A stretch of DNA of 63,845 bases from an uncultured bacterium (lineage in GTDB: Bacteria; Patescibacteriota; Microgenomatia; UBA1400; UBA12108). Below are positions 18,275-26,431 of the stretch, one piece after another. Position numbers and translations under genes: made by a program. The notes under the pieces were generated by a model. The model saw only the letters and a list, made by a program, of their open reading frames with translations, searched no databases and was not told the DNA's origin. Within the stretch, counting starts at the first letter, position 1. Every line of letters begins with the position of its first letter. The stretch is taken from NCBI GenBank assembly GCA_903945195.1, contig CAJAUT010000019.1, positions 1-63,845 on the forward strand, in the 5' to 3' direction.

Positions 18275-19273
18275 TTAAAATCCTCCCACCACCGTTATAT
18301 CACCTTTGATAGCTGGATGTGGATCATAACCAACTAGCTCAAAGTCGCTAAACTTGAAGTCATCAATATTTTTCACATTTGGGTTGATCTTGATTGTGGG
18401 GAAATCCTTTGGCACTCTCTTTAGCTGTTCTTTACACTGATTTAGATGATTTTCGTAAATATGCACGTCGCCTAGTACATGCACAAACTCTCCTGGCTCA
18501 TATCCAGTCACCTGCGCAATGAGCATGGTAAGTAGAGCATAAGAAGCAATGTTAAATGGCACACCTAGAAATAGGTCTGCGCTACGCTGGTAAAGAAGGA
18601 GTGACAATTTTTTACCTGTGATATTTATATGAAACATTGTGTGGCAAGGCGCAATCACCATCGAAGCCGAATGTGACCCAGACATCTCGTAGATACACCC
18701 AGCGTTCCAGGCAGAGACTATGTAATGTTTCTTTTGTGGATATTTCTTGATTTTCTCTATCGCCCAGCCGAGTTGATCCACTTCTTTCATTTCTCCAGTT
18801 TCATCATCATGAGCCGGCCACTTACGCCACTGGACCCCGTACACCGGTCCTAGTTCTCCCCACTGTTCGATGAATTTGGCATCACTTTTTGCTCGTGCCA
18901 TAAATTCTTCGTAGGTCAACACTTCTGTGGCTTTACCTTCTTTTATAGCCCACTCATATTTTTTAAAAGCCCACTCATCCCAGATATGCACATCATTGTC
19001 TACCAAATACTTGATGTTGTTTGATCCAGATAAAAACCAAATAAGCTCGTGGATGATCCCACGGGTAAAGACTTTTTTGGTAGTCAGTACTGGCAGCCCT
19101 TTTGATAAATCGTATCTACAGATTCGTCCAAACACACTCTTTAGCTTCACGCCTGTCGAGTGACTCACTTTCCACTCACCATTTTTCATGATGTCTTTCA
19201 TGAGATCTAGATATTGATATTCTGGGTGTTTTACTTTTGGCATACTTTGAGCCCTTTCAATCAAATAATTCAA
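18275..19273 (-). CDS. thyA: thymidylate synthase (ThyA type)
   Basis: Catalytic APCH motif (VIAPCHTMF) and YQRSADLFLGVPFNIASYALL. The track start at 19273 is TTG. The ATG at 19243 (MPKVKHPEYQYLDLM) aligns better with known ThyA N-termini. Confidence 0.92.
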   Translation of the reverse strand: MNYLIERAQSMPKVKHPEYQYLDLMKDIMKNGEWKVSHSTGVKLKSVFGRICRYDLSKGLPVLTTKKVFTRGIIHELIWFLSGSNNIKYLVDNDVHIWDEWAFKKYEWAIKEGKATEVLTYEEFMARAKSDAKFIEQWGELGPVYGVQWRKWPAHDDETGEMKEVDQLGWAIEKIKKYPQKKHYIVSAWNAGCIYEMSGSHSASMVIAPCHTMFHINITGKKLSLLLYQRSADLFLGVPFNIASYALLTMLIAQVTGYEPGEFVHVLGDVHIYENHLNQCKEQLKRVPKDFPTIKINPNVKNIDDFKFSDFELVGYDPHPAIKGDITVVGGF

Positions 19274-19310
19274 ATGTATATAATCGATCTTATCATGATA
19301 TAAATCTCCC

Positions 19311-19339
19311 TTGACTCATGCGTGCAGATTTCTTAGAAA
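19311..19339 (+). promoter_or_regulatory. sigma70-type promoter for glyA (TTGACT-17-TAGAAA)
   Basis: TTGACT at 19311-19316, a 17-nt spacer and TAGAAA at 19334-19339. The predicted TSS near 19346 lies just before the 49-nt hairpin element. Confidence 0.45.
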
Positions 19340-19348
19340 TTTTCAGCA

Positions 19349-19397
19349 CGCAACCATCCATCTGGGCAGCCAGATGACGATGTGAGTACTGCAAAAT
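19349..19397 (+). promoter_or_regulatory. 49-nt hairpin leader element, copy A (glyA 5' UTR)
   Basis: CGCAACCATCCATCTGGGCAGCCAGATGACGATGTGAGTACTGCAAAAT. The stem is CATC-CATCTGG / CCAGATG-(AC)-GATG. It matches 39422-39470 at 46 of 49 positions. Confidence 0.55.
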
Positions 19398-19434
19398 GAG
19401 AAGAAAGCTGCAATATTTAAAAAAAGGAGCACAC

Positions 19435-20760
19435 ATGTCAAATCTACAAACCCAAGATCCCATCATCTCAAAAGCGATTGAAGCAGAGGCAAAACGCCAA
19501 TTTGAAGGTCTAGAGCTCATCCCGAGCGAAAACTATGTCTCAGAGTCAGTCCTAGAAGCAATGGGTAGCATCCTCACCAACAAATACTCAGAAGGCTTCG
19601 CCGGTCATCGCTACTATGGTGGCAACACTCATATCGATGTCATAGAGCAAGAAGCTATCGACAGAGCCAAGGCCCTGTTTGGTGTAGAGCACGTCAATGT
19701 CCAGCCTTACTCAGGATCTCCCGCCAACTTTGCTGTCTACAACGCAGTCCTAGAGCCAGGCGACCCAGTCTCTGGTATGAATCTCCTGGATGGTGGCCAT
19801 CTCACGCACGGATGGAAAGTCTCCGCGACAGCCAAGTTTTTTGAGTCACATCCTTATCACGTCTTGCCAAATGGTCACACCGATTTTGAAGAGTTAAAAA
19901 GAATCGCTAAAGAATTCAAACCCAAGCTCATCTGGTGTGGCGCGACAGCCTATCCACGTACGATCGAGTTTGCCCAGTTTGCCGAGATTGCTGACTCAAT
20001 CGGTGCCTACCTAGTCGCCGATATCTCTCACATCTCAGGACTCGTCGCCGCAGGCGTACACGAAAGTCCCGTACCATACGTCCACATAGTTACAACCACC
20101 ACCCACAAGACGCTCCGTGGTCCACGCGGCGCCATGATCATGGTCACCAAAAAGGGTTTAGAAAAAGATCCAGGTCTTGCTAGCAAAATCGACAAAGCTA
20201 TCTTTCCAGGACTCCAAGGTGGGCCACACAATCACACCACAGCCGCCATCGCAGTAGCTCTTAAAGAGGCAGCCACCCCAGAGTTTAAAGAATATGCTAA
20301 ACAGATAGTCAAAAATACCAAGACTTTAGAGCAAGAATTTAGCAAAGCAGGCATCAAAATGGTGTCTGGCGGTAGCGACAATCATCTCCTACTTCTAGAT
20401 CTCTCTGTAAATGGCACGCTCGGCAGCCAGCTAGAATACGCCATGGACGTCGCCCACATGACCGCCAACAAAAACACAATTCCAGGGGAAAAGAGCTCTC
20501 CCTACTACCCTTCAGGCCTTCGCCTAGGGACACCAGCTTTAACCACAAGAGGTTTTAAAGAAGCAGATATGGTCCATGTGGCCGACTGGATAGTCCGTGT
20601 GATCCACCACATCGAAGGTGATGCACTTCCAAAAGAACAGTCAGAGCGCGCAGGATTTATCAAAGCGATTCATACTAAATATGACGCCGATCCATTCCTC
20701 AAAAAGATTGGAGAGGAAATCAAATCCTACACCAAAGCCTTCCCGATCCCTGGGATCTAA
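19435..20760 (+). CDS. glyA: serine hydroxymethyltransferase
   Basis: PLP-lysine block TTTTHKTLRGPRG. The ATG at 19435 is preceded by AAGGAG. The upstream in-frame ATG at 19396 lacks an SD. Confidence 0.95.
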   Translation: MSNLQTQDPIISKAIEAEAKRQFEGLELIPSENYVSESVLEAMGSILTNKYSEGFAGHRYYGGNTHIDVIEQEAIDRAKALFGVEHVNVQPYSGSPANFAVYNAVLEPGDPVSGMNLLDGGHLTHGWKVSATAKFFESHPYHVLPNGHTDFEELKRIAKEFKPKLIWCGATAYPRTIEFAQFAEIADSIGAYLVADISHISGLVAAGVHESPVPYVHIVTTTTHKTLRGPRGAMIMVTKKGLEKDPGLASKIDKAIFPGLQGGPHNHTTAAIAVALKEAATPEFKEYAKQIVKNTKTLEQEFSKAGIKMVSGGSDNHLLLLDLSVNGTLGSQLEYAMDVAHMTANKNTIPGEKSSPYYPSGLRLGTPALTTRGFKEADMVHVADWIVRVIHHIEGDALPKEQSERAGFIKAIHTKYDADPFLKKIGEEIKSYTKAFPIPGI

Positions 20761-20769
20761 ATATTTGGT

Positions 20770-21318
20770 TTATTCCGCAACTATTTGGTCAAGCAAACCA
20801 AGTCTAGCAAGTGTGTGGATAGCTAATTCTTTTTGATTCATACGCTCACTACACAGACGGAGAGTGTAGTATTTTGGATCAGTAAAGTCATTAACACCAT
20901 AAATTTCATCAAACATCTGCATGTTTTGAGCTTCCCTCTCTAGATTAATCTTCCTGGCTTGATTTTTAGTCACATTATCTCTTGGTGCAATTCTAGAAAA
21001 TCTAGTCTTATCCAAACACGCAACATATATTCTATCTGATTCAACTTTGCGCAAAAAGGCATTAACTCCTTGAAACCAACCTTCAATCACTACTTTTTGT
21101 CCAGACATCATGTGTCCATACATGATTTCATCCACTTCTCGATGGAACTCTCTTGGAAATTTTAAAGTATCCTCAAGTGCTATCCCTAGTTCGGCACCTT
21201 TATTTCTAAAATATGGTCCAGCAGTAAATCTCTCTCTTCCAAGCATCCTTGCCACATCCTTGGACAACGTAGTTGTACCCACACCAGCAAGACCAGAAAA
21301 AATGATTACTTCATGCAT
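20770..21318 (-). CDS. P-loop kinase-like protein (cytidylate-kinase-like family)
   Basis: N-terminal Walker A-like GLAGVGTTT. 182 aa. Last gene of the three-gene orphan operon. Confidence 0.5.
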   Translation of the reverse strand: MHEVIIFSGLAGVGTTTLSKDVARMLGRERFTAGPYFRNKGAELGIALEDTLKFPREFHREVDEIMYGHMMSGQKVVIEGWFQGVNAFLRKVESDRIYVACLDKTRFSRIAPRDNVTKNQARKINLEREAQNMQMFDEIYGVNDFTDPKYYTLRLCSERMNQKELAIHTLARLGLLDQIVAE

Positions 21319-21335
21319 GACAAGGAATTTTACAG

Positions 21336-21629
21336 CTATAGGCCTGGTTTAGCAAATTTATCTCGGTCAATCATATTTCGCCCAGTACCATTACTCGAAA
21401 AAGTATTTACAGTATCAATTTGAATAAGTCCAAGGTCGTGTTTTAATATTGCGATTATTGCAGCATCACAATTATCACAACACGGAAAGAATTCTGGATC
21501 TCCTTTAACATCAACGTCAATTGTATGGGTGGCAGTATTGTTGCAGTGTTTACACTTGGCTGAATTTCGGATGATTGACCAAGCAATATCTCCAGCACGT
21601 CCTTCACCGAAATCTTTTCTATCAGGCAT
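21336..21629 (-). CDS. small Cys-rich (zinc-ribbon-like) hypothetical protein
   Basis: CKHC ... CCDNC cysteine pattern. 97 aa. 17-nt and 35-nt gaps to its neighbours. Confidence 0.45.
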   Translation of the reverse strand: MPDRKDFGEGRAGDIAWSIIRNSAKCKHCNNTATHTIDVDVKGDPEFFPCCDNCDAAIIAILKHDLGLIQIDTVNTFSSNGTGRNMIDRDKFAKPGL

Positions 21630-21664
21630 AATTATAGGACATTATACACATCATTTACATATAA

Positions 21665-23548
21665 TCAATCATCTTGAATTTTCATCATTTCTGCTATTTC
21701 TTCAAGTCTTTCCAATCTATCGTGATCCTGCTCACCATGAGTATCGTGCTCACTCATTTTTTTCAAAAATCTATCCAAAGCCAGACGTAACCCTGAGAGA
21801 CTCAATCCTCCCACCGATATACCTATTTCATTTTGCACTTTCTCAGGTAGTGAAAGAAATGATTTTTCTTTCCCCACTTTTACCAAGTGCCAAGCAAAAG
21901 CTTTCGTATCTCCACCCACTTCATCAGACATCACCAAGTCATCCAAATCTTCAGGGATAGTCACATATTGATATGGCTGCAAAATATCACTCAACAAACT
22001 TGTTCCACCAGGAGTCAACTTCCATCGACCTTCTTTTCTTACTGCCTTACGATAAGCAGCGATACATTCTTCTCCCACCTTCATTTTTTCTTCCTTATCT
22101 TTGAACTTAAGCCTCATAGGGATGATTTGGACCGCAAGTCCTTCTCCCATGCCATTTTGTTGCAGAGCACTCACTACAGTTGCATTCGATACAAACACCT
22201 GCTCCCCGCTGATAAGTCGATCTATTTGTCTTAAAGCCTCATTCTCGTCGTCTGGTCGCTCTATTGCTTCAAATTCTTTTTTCTGCTCGTCCCAGAACAG
22301 GATGATTTCATCCATCGCCACAACCATTCCGCTATGTTTGTGCCCAGAATCAACATTGTCATGTCTCAGATCCAACCTAGCTTCTTTGCCCTCTACCACT
22401 CTTGCTTGAAAATCAAATATATCAATTGGTTTATTATGCTTTTTTGCCCAGTTTTCATACTGCTTCCATCGTAGTTCATCATCTACTTCGCCAAGATTTT
22501 CAAATTCCAGACCCACATATTTCGCAAGAGCACGTAAGCCCTCAAATCTAAAATTACTACCACTAGGCACAACAAGCTCACGTATATCTGTATCTATTAG
22601 TTTAGAAAGTGTATCTCTCCATTCTGGTTGCAAAAAATAATGGCGGTAGTCAGCCATCCTAGCATCATGGTGAAACCTGTATTCATTATCGTCATATAGC
22701 CATTTTATTGCCCCTACAGCATAAAGACCGTCATAAGTATGATCTCTATCACTTGGCCCAAGCTCAACCAGACCATCTGGTCTTACATATATCGCCTTTG
22801 GGCTACTACCATTTGTCCCGTAGGGACTCTCATGCGCTTTTGACAAGCGTGACTCACCAAGTCTGGGGTTACTCATCAAATCTTTCATTTGGGATTTGCC
22901 GATAGGGCCTACCCCTTTTCTAAAGCGTCTTGCGAATGTATCAAAATCCTCCCCAGACCCCAATTTTTGTATCAATAACCAAGAATAAAAATGTGGATAA
23001 TGTTGCTCGTTCAAGGCGTTCTTCTCAATTATTGCCTCGGCCAAGTCGACACCCATACTACTTAAATCTGCTCTTATGATCTTCAAATCATCTCTAAATT
23101 TTGCTCTATTTCCAGTCAGGGGAACTTCATCAAAGTCTCCTCTCCATAAACTCGCCACCCATTCAGGGGGATAACCTTGTAGTTTTAATTCTGATCCAGC
23201 CACAATGGCTACGTCAGCTGCCTCACTTGCCACAGTCCAAATCTGTTCAAATAGCGGGTCATCATGCCAATTTACCCTATGATCACGACCACTTATGTTA
23301 ACCCAGTAATCACTCTTTGCCTCTTTATATTCCTCAATTTCTCCATCATATACAGTATCCGACTCTGGAGAGCCTTTTGCTGTTATATACTCTACTCTTT
23401 CGTCATACCACCGAAATACTTCTCTAGCTGCAAAGTCAAAATTTCCCTCCAAAACAGTTGTTTTTTCTGCAGAAATATTGATAAACCGCAAATCATACTC
23501 TGTTAAAGGTCGCTCCAATATCTCCATCTGTAAAACCATACAAACCAC
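21665..23548 (-). CDS. large acidic orphan protein (about 620 aa)
   Basis: Long uninterrupted ORF with no motif I recognise. Start is ambiguous: GTG 23548, ATG 23539 or ATG 23527. Confidence 0.6.
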   Translation of the reverse strand: MVCMVLQMEILERPLTEYDLRFINISAEKTTVLEGNFDFAAREVFRWYDERVEYITAKGSPESDTVYDGEIEEYKEAKSDYWVNISGRDHRVNWHDDPLFEQIWTVASEAADVAIVAGSELKLQGYPPEWVASLWRGDFDEVPLTGNRAKFRDDLKIIRADLSSMGVDLAEAIIEKNALNEQHYPHFYSWLLIQKLGSGEDFDTFARRFRKGVGPIGKSQMKDLMSNPRLGESRLSKAHESPYGTNGSSPKAIYVRPDGLVELGPSDRDHTYDGLYAVGAIKWLYDDNEYRFHHDARMADYRHYFLQPEWRDTLSKLIDTDIRELVVPSGSNFRFEGLRALAKYVGLEFENLGEVDDELRWKQYENWAKKHNKPIDIFDFQARVVEGKEARLDLRHDNVDSGHKHSGMVVAMDEIILFWDEQKKEFEAIERPDDENEALRQIDRLISGEQVFVSNATVVSALQQNGMGEGLAVQIIPMRLKFKDKEEKMKVGEECIAAYRKAVRKEGRWKLTPGGTSLLSDILQPYQYVTIPEDLDDLVMSDEVGGDTKAFAWHLVKVGKEKSFLSLPEKVQNEIGISVGGLSLSGLRLALDRFLKKMSEHDTHGEQDHDRLERLEEIAEMMKIQDD

Positions 23549-23649
23549 TATACCTAGTGTGTATGTATCCCTACAACCACTATAAATACATCAAAAGGGA
23601 CCAATGTTATTTCCCGCCCATCACAACAAGTCATGTTAGTATTAAATAT

Positions 23650-25050
23650 ATGAAAACCTTCTATATCCGCCTCCAGATCCTCCTCATTATCATCCTTGTC
23701 TTTAGTCCTCTCCTTTACCTAGGTTATAAAAAATTATCTCCTCAACTAGATCTTTATCTATATGACTTGTCAGCACAACAAACTATCTACCCCATTTCTA
23801 CCCTTCATACTCAGGATACAAAAATCCTAAATGACAAAAATGAACCAATCCGCCTCAGGGGGGTCAATCTTATCAGCACCAATTGGGGAGATAAGTATAA
23901 TGATTGGAATCCCAAGGCCATCGAGCATGCCGCCAAAAACTGGCACATCAATGTCATTCGCACTCGCATCTACGAACATGAATACGTCGAAAATCCCGCC
24001 AAATTCTTTTTAAACCTGGAAACTCAAATCCTAGATCCTGCTCGTAAAAATGGACTCTACGTCATCATACATCCTTGGTTTGGCGAAAATGATTCCTTGC
24101 CAGACAATGAAGGCATCAAAATGTGGCTATCTATAGCAAATAGATACAAAAACGATCCTCATATCATCTACGATCTCCTAGCAGAGCCCAGGGACACCAC
24201 CTTTGACACTGTTTTTAATACTTACACTTCGCTCATTCCTAAAATCAGATCCATCTCCCCAAACTCTCTCATCATGGTCACAGGGCTAGATTGGGGTCGC
24301 GATATCAATGCATATCTAGACTCTCCTCTCCCCTATACAAATCTGGTCTACCGGGTAAATCCCTACAACAAGACTGCCGAGTTCCCAGGACTGTTTGGCA
24401 AGATCGCAGAGAAATACCCCGTCTTCTTTGGGGAGTTTGGCACCGAAGATAAGCTCAGCATGACAATCCAAGATGTCCAAAATGTCATGGCATATGCAGA
24501 CAAGCTCAGTATCGGCTGGACTGCCTGGCACTTTACAAGTAGCGGCTGTCCTTGCTTACTATCAAACGAACTCGACTTTACCCCTACACCCTACGGTGAT
24601 CTGGTAAAAGCCAATCTAGCAGGCACCACTTGGCCATTTACCCTACCCACTTTTGACACAGATCCAACCAAACTATATGTCTATTCTGATTTCCTAGAAT
24701 CAGGCTTCTCTGACTACTCATGGGGAATTTCCAACCAACTAGGTACTACTATCAGCACCAATTTCCACAATGGTGCTGGCATCTACTTTAGTACTCCTCG
24801 TCGTATAGACCCAAAGACCTTCAAATCCTTCGTTCTAACTATCGACAGTAAAGAAGCAGGCAAGTTCTCCCTAAGGTTCAAATCATGGGACAACAAATTA
24901 TCCAATAGTTATTTACTCAAGAATGGCCCAAATGCCATAGGGATCTCGGATATCCAACTCGATTCCATATCTGGAATATTGATCGAATCAAATGAGACTA
25001 TCCCAGACCCTACTATCCTAAAAATTGACCATATTTATTTTCGTAAATAG
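23650..25050 (+). CDS. membrane-anchored glycoside hydrolase family 5-like (clan GH-A)
   Basis: The start is taken at MKTFYIRLQILLIIILVF (TM anchor). RGVNL, YDLLAEP (acid/base Glu, with Ala where NEP usually has Asn) and FFGEFG (nucleophile Glu), plus a C-terminal beta-rich domain. Confidence 0.75.
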   Translation: MKTFYIRLQILLIIILVFSPLLYLGYKKLSPQLDLYLYDLSAQQTIYPISTLHTQDTKILNDKNEPIRLRGVNLISTNWGDKYNDWNPKAIEHAAKNWHINVIRTRIYEHEYVENPAKFFLNLETQILDPARKNGLYVIIHPWFGENDSLPDNEGIKMWLSIANRYKNDPHIIYDLLAEPRDTTFDTVFNTYTSLIPKIRSISPNSLIMVTGLDWGRDINAYLDSPLPYTNLVYRVNPYNKTAEFPGLFGKIAEKYPVFFGEFGTEDKLSMTIQDVQNVMAYADKLSIGWTAWHFTSSGCPCLLSNELDFTPTPYGDLVKANLAGTTWPFTLPTFDTDPTKLYVYSDFLESGFSDYSWGISNQLGTTISTNFHNGAGIYFSTPRRIDPKTFKSFVLTIDSKEAGKFSLRFKSWDNKLSNSYLLKNGPNAIGISDIQLDSISGILIESNETIPDPTILKIDHIYFRK

Positions 25051-25059
25051 TCCTATAAC

Positions 25060-25088
25060 TTGACATTTCCCCACTTCAATGCTAAGAT
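25060..25088 (+). promoter_or_regulatory. canonical sigma70 promoter TTGACA-17-TAAGAT
   Basis: TTGACA at 25060-25065, an exact 17-nt spacer and TAAGAT at 25083-25088. Sits about 370 nt upstream of the lipoprotein ATG. Confidence 0.5.
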
Positions 25089-25094
25089 CCGAGA

Positions 25095-25460
25095 GCTTTA
25101 ACAGGCTCATTGGTTACTCACTTTTTTTACTTCAGAACCAGCATGTTAAAGCCAGAGGCGAAGGGGCCCCTGTTAAAGTTTTTGGCAGTTTTATTACTAC
25201 CAAAATCTTAGGCCCCTTCACCTCTGATCCAAAAGATCAGACTCGTCAAAGGTGACTGTGTGACATTGCGTCACAATAGTCGCTCACAAACGAGGCACTT
25301 TAACAAGCAAATACGTACAAAATGTTTTTGTCATGGATTTCTCCATATCTGGAGGACTCCCCAAATAGCGGATAAATTATTGTCCCTTATTTAAGGAGTC
25401 TTTCAGACTTCCCACGGCACGGAACCGTAAAAAAACCGAATCTTCTCAAGGAGAACACCC
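25095..25460 (+). promoter_or_regulatory. long structured 5' leader with four CTTTAACAGG-type sites
   Basis: Sites at 25095-25105 (+), 25142-25153 (-), 25169-25178 (-) and 25298-25307 (+). A 15-bp stem pairs AGAGGCGAAGGGGCC with GGCCCCTTCACCTCT. There are several smaller hairpins. SD AAGGAG lies before the ATG at 25461. Confidence 0.4.
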
Positions 25461-26276
25461 ATGAAACGTTTTATCCCCCTGTTGATCGCGCTCGCTTTGA
25501 TCTTGACCGCGTGTCAACCCAAGCCCACATCTGCTCATGATATAGCCGTAGAATTGGCGACTATTCAAGCTGCTGCATTCACGCCCGTAGTGGTGTCGAC
25601 CCCCACAAATCAACCCCTCCCGACCTTCACGCCGACCAACACGCCGATCCCCGCCCTCCCAACCTTCACCCCCGTCCCCACCGCCACCACAATTCCATCA
25701 ACGCCTCAATCAGGCTACCAGCTCACCACTGGCAATGTCTGTATCACCGGCGGCGGGAACGAAGGAGTGGAAGGCAACGCTGAGTTGATCTGGGTGGAAG
25801 ATGTGACTTCGTTCAAAGCTGGATTACACTATCAGCATAAATGGACAGAGGTCTCTAACATCACTGTGATCGGCACCACCACCCTCAATCCGACTTGGGA
25901 AGGACTCAACGATACAGCACAATTCAAGTCCTGTTGGGACACTACCTCGCAAAGCTGGAAAGGCTGGATGTTTGATCGGAATGCCGACTCAAAATTCCCA
26001 TTTTGGGTAGGTATTAGTTTTAGCCAGTGGCTATCATCATCCACCATTGCGGTGAATGAACACGATGTCAACAACCTCGGAGCTGGCAAATACGCTGAAT
26101 ATGGGACTACCTATACTTTCGCCGAAATGCGACTGTTACCGGGAGCCTCCGAAATTTCAGCACACATAGACGCCGCCGAAGCGCTTGCCAACCAGATTTC
26201 CGCCGGGCAGATCTACATCCCCATTAACTATCAGACTTGGTCTGGACAATGGGTGTTGATGGCATTTCAGAAATAG
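25461..26276 (+). CDS. lipoprotein with Pro/Thr-rich linker (compositionally foreign)
   Basis: Signal peptide with lipobox LTAC, then a TPTNTPIPALPTFTPVPTATT linker. Codon usage is visibly richer in G+C than the flanking genes. Confidence 0.75.
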   Translation: MKRFIPLLIALALILTACQPKPTSAHDIAVELATIQAAAFTPVVVSTPTNQPLPTFTPTNTPIPALPTFTPVPTATTIPSTPQSGYQLTTGNVCITGGGNEGVEGNAELIWVEDVTSFKAGLHYQHKWTEVSNITVIGTTTLNPTWEGLNDTAQFKSCWDTTSQSWKGWMFDRNADSKFPFWVGISFSQWLSSSTIAVNEHDVNNLGAGKYAEYGTTYTFAEMRLLPGASEISAHIDAAEALANQISAGQIYIPINYQTWSGQWVLMAFQK

Positions 26277-26279
26277 TAT

Positions 26280-26367
26280 TAAAAACAAAAACAAATAGGA
26301 CCGGGTCGGGCCACTTCACCTTTGAGGTGGCCTGACCTTCTGGTCGTACGTATTTGCTTTTGTTTTC
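26280..26367 (+). terminator. nested hairpin or terminator-like structure closing the island
   Basis: A 10-bp stem GGCCACTTCA/TGAGGTGGCC (26309-26332, CCTT loop) nested inside AAAACAAAAACAAATA / TATTTGCTTTTGTTTT arms. T-rich tail. Confidence 0.4.
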
Positions 26368-26431
26368 AAGTTTATAATTCACTTTATAAGTTTGAAAGCA
26401 AAACAATTAATCGCTATAAACTAGCATCAAT

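Noticed and set aside
19349-19397. Idea that the glyA leader hairpin is a ZTP (pfl) or THF riboswitch
   Set aside because: Only a CTGGGCA fragment resembles the pfl 3' consensus. The 49-nt element is too short and lacks the two-subdomain architecture. The orphan copy at 39422 has no downstream one-carbon gene.
19293-19520. 75-aa minus-strand ORF across the thyA/glyA control region
   Set aside because: It overlaps the glyA start, its promoter and the conserved 49-nt element. It has no SD and an implausible Cys/Phe-rich sequence.
22992-23000. Perfect DnaA-box sequence (TGTGGATAA)
   Set aside because: It is a single box inside a coding region, with no cluster or AT-rich unwinding element nearby. 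A chance occurrence is likely.
25259-25275. CRP/FNR-like palindrome TGTGAC-ATTGC-GTCACA
   Set aside because: The spacing gives TGTGA-N7-TCACA, not the N6 of CRP sites. There is a single occurrence. It is kept only as part of the structured leader description.
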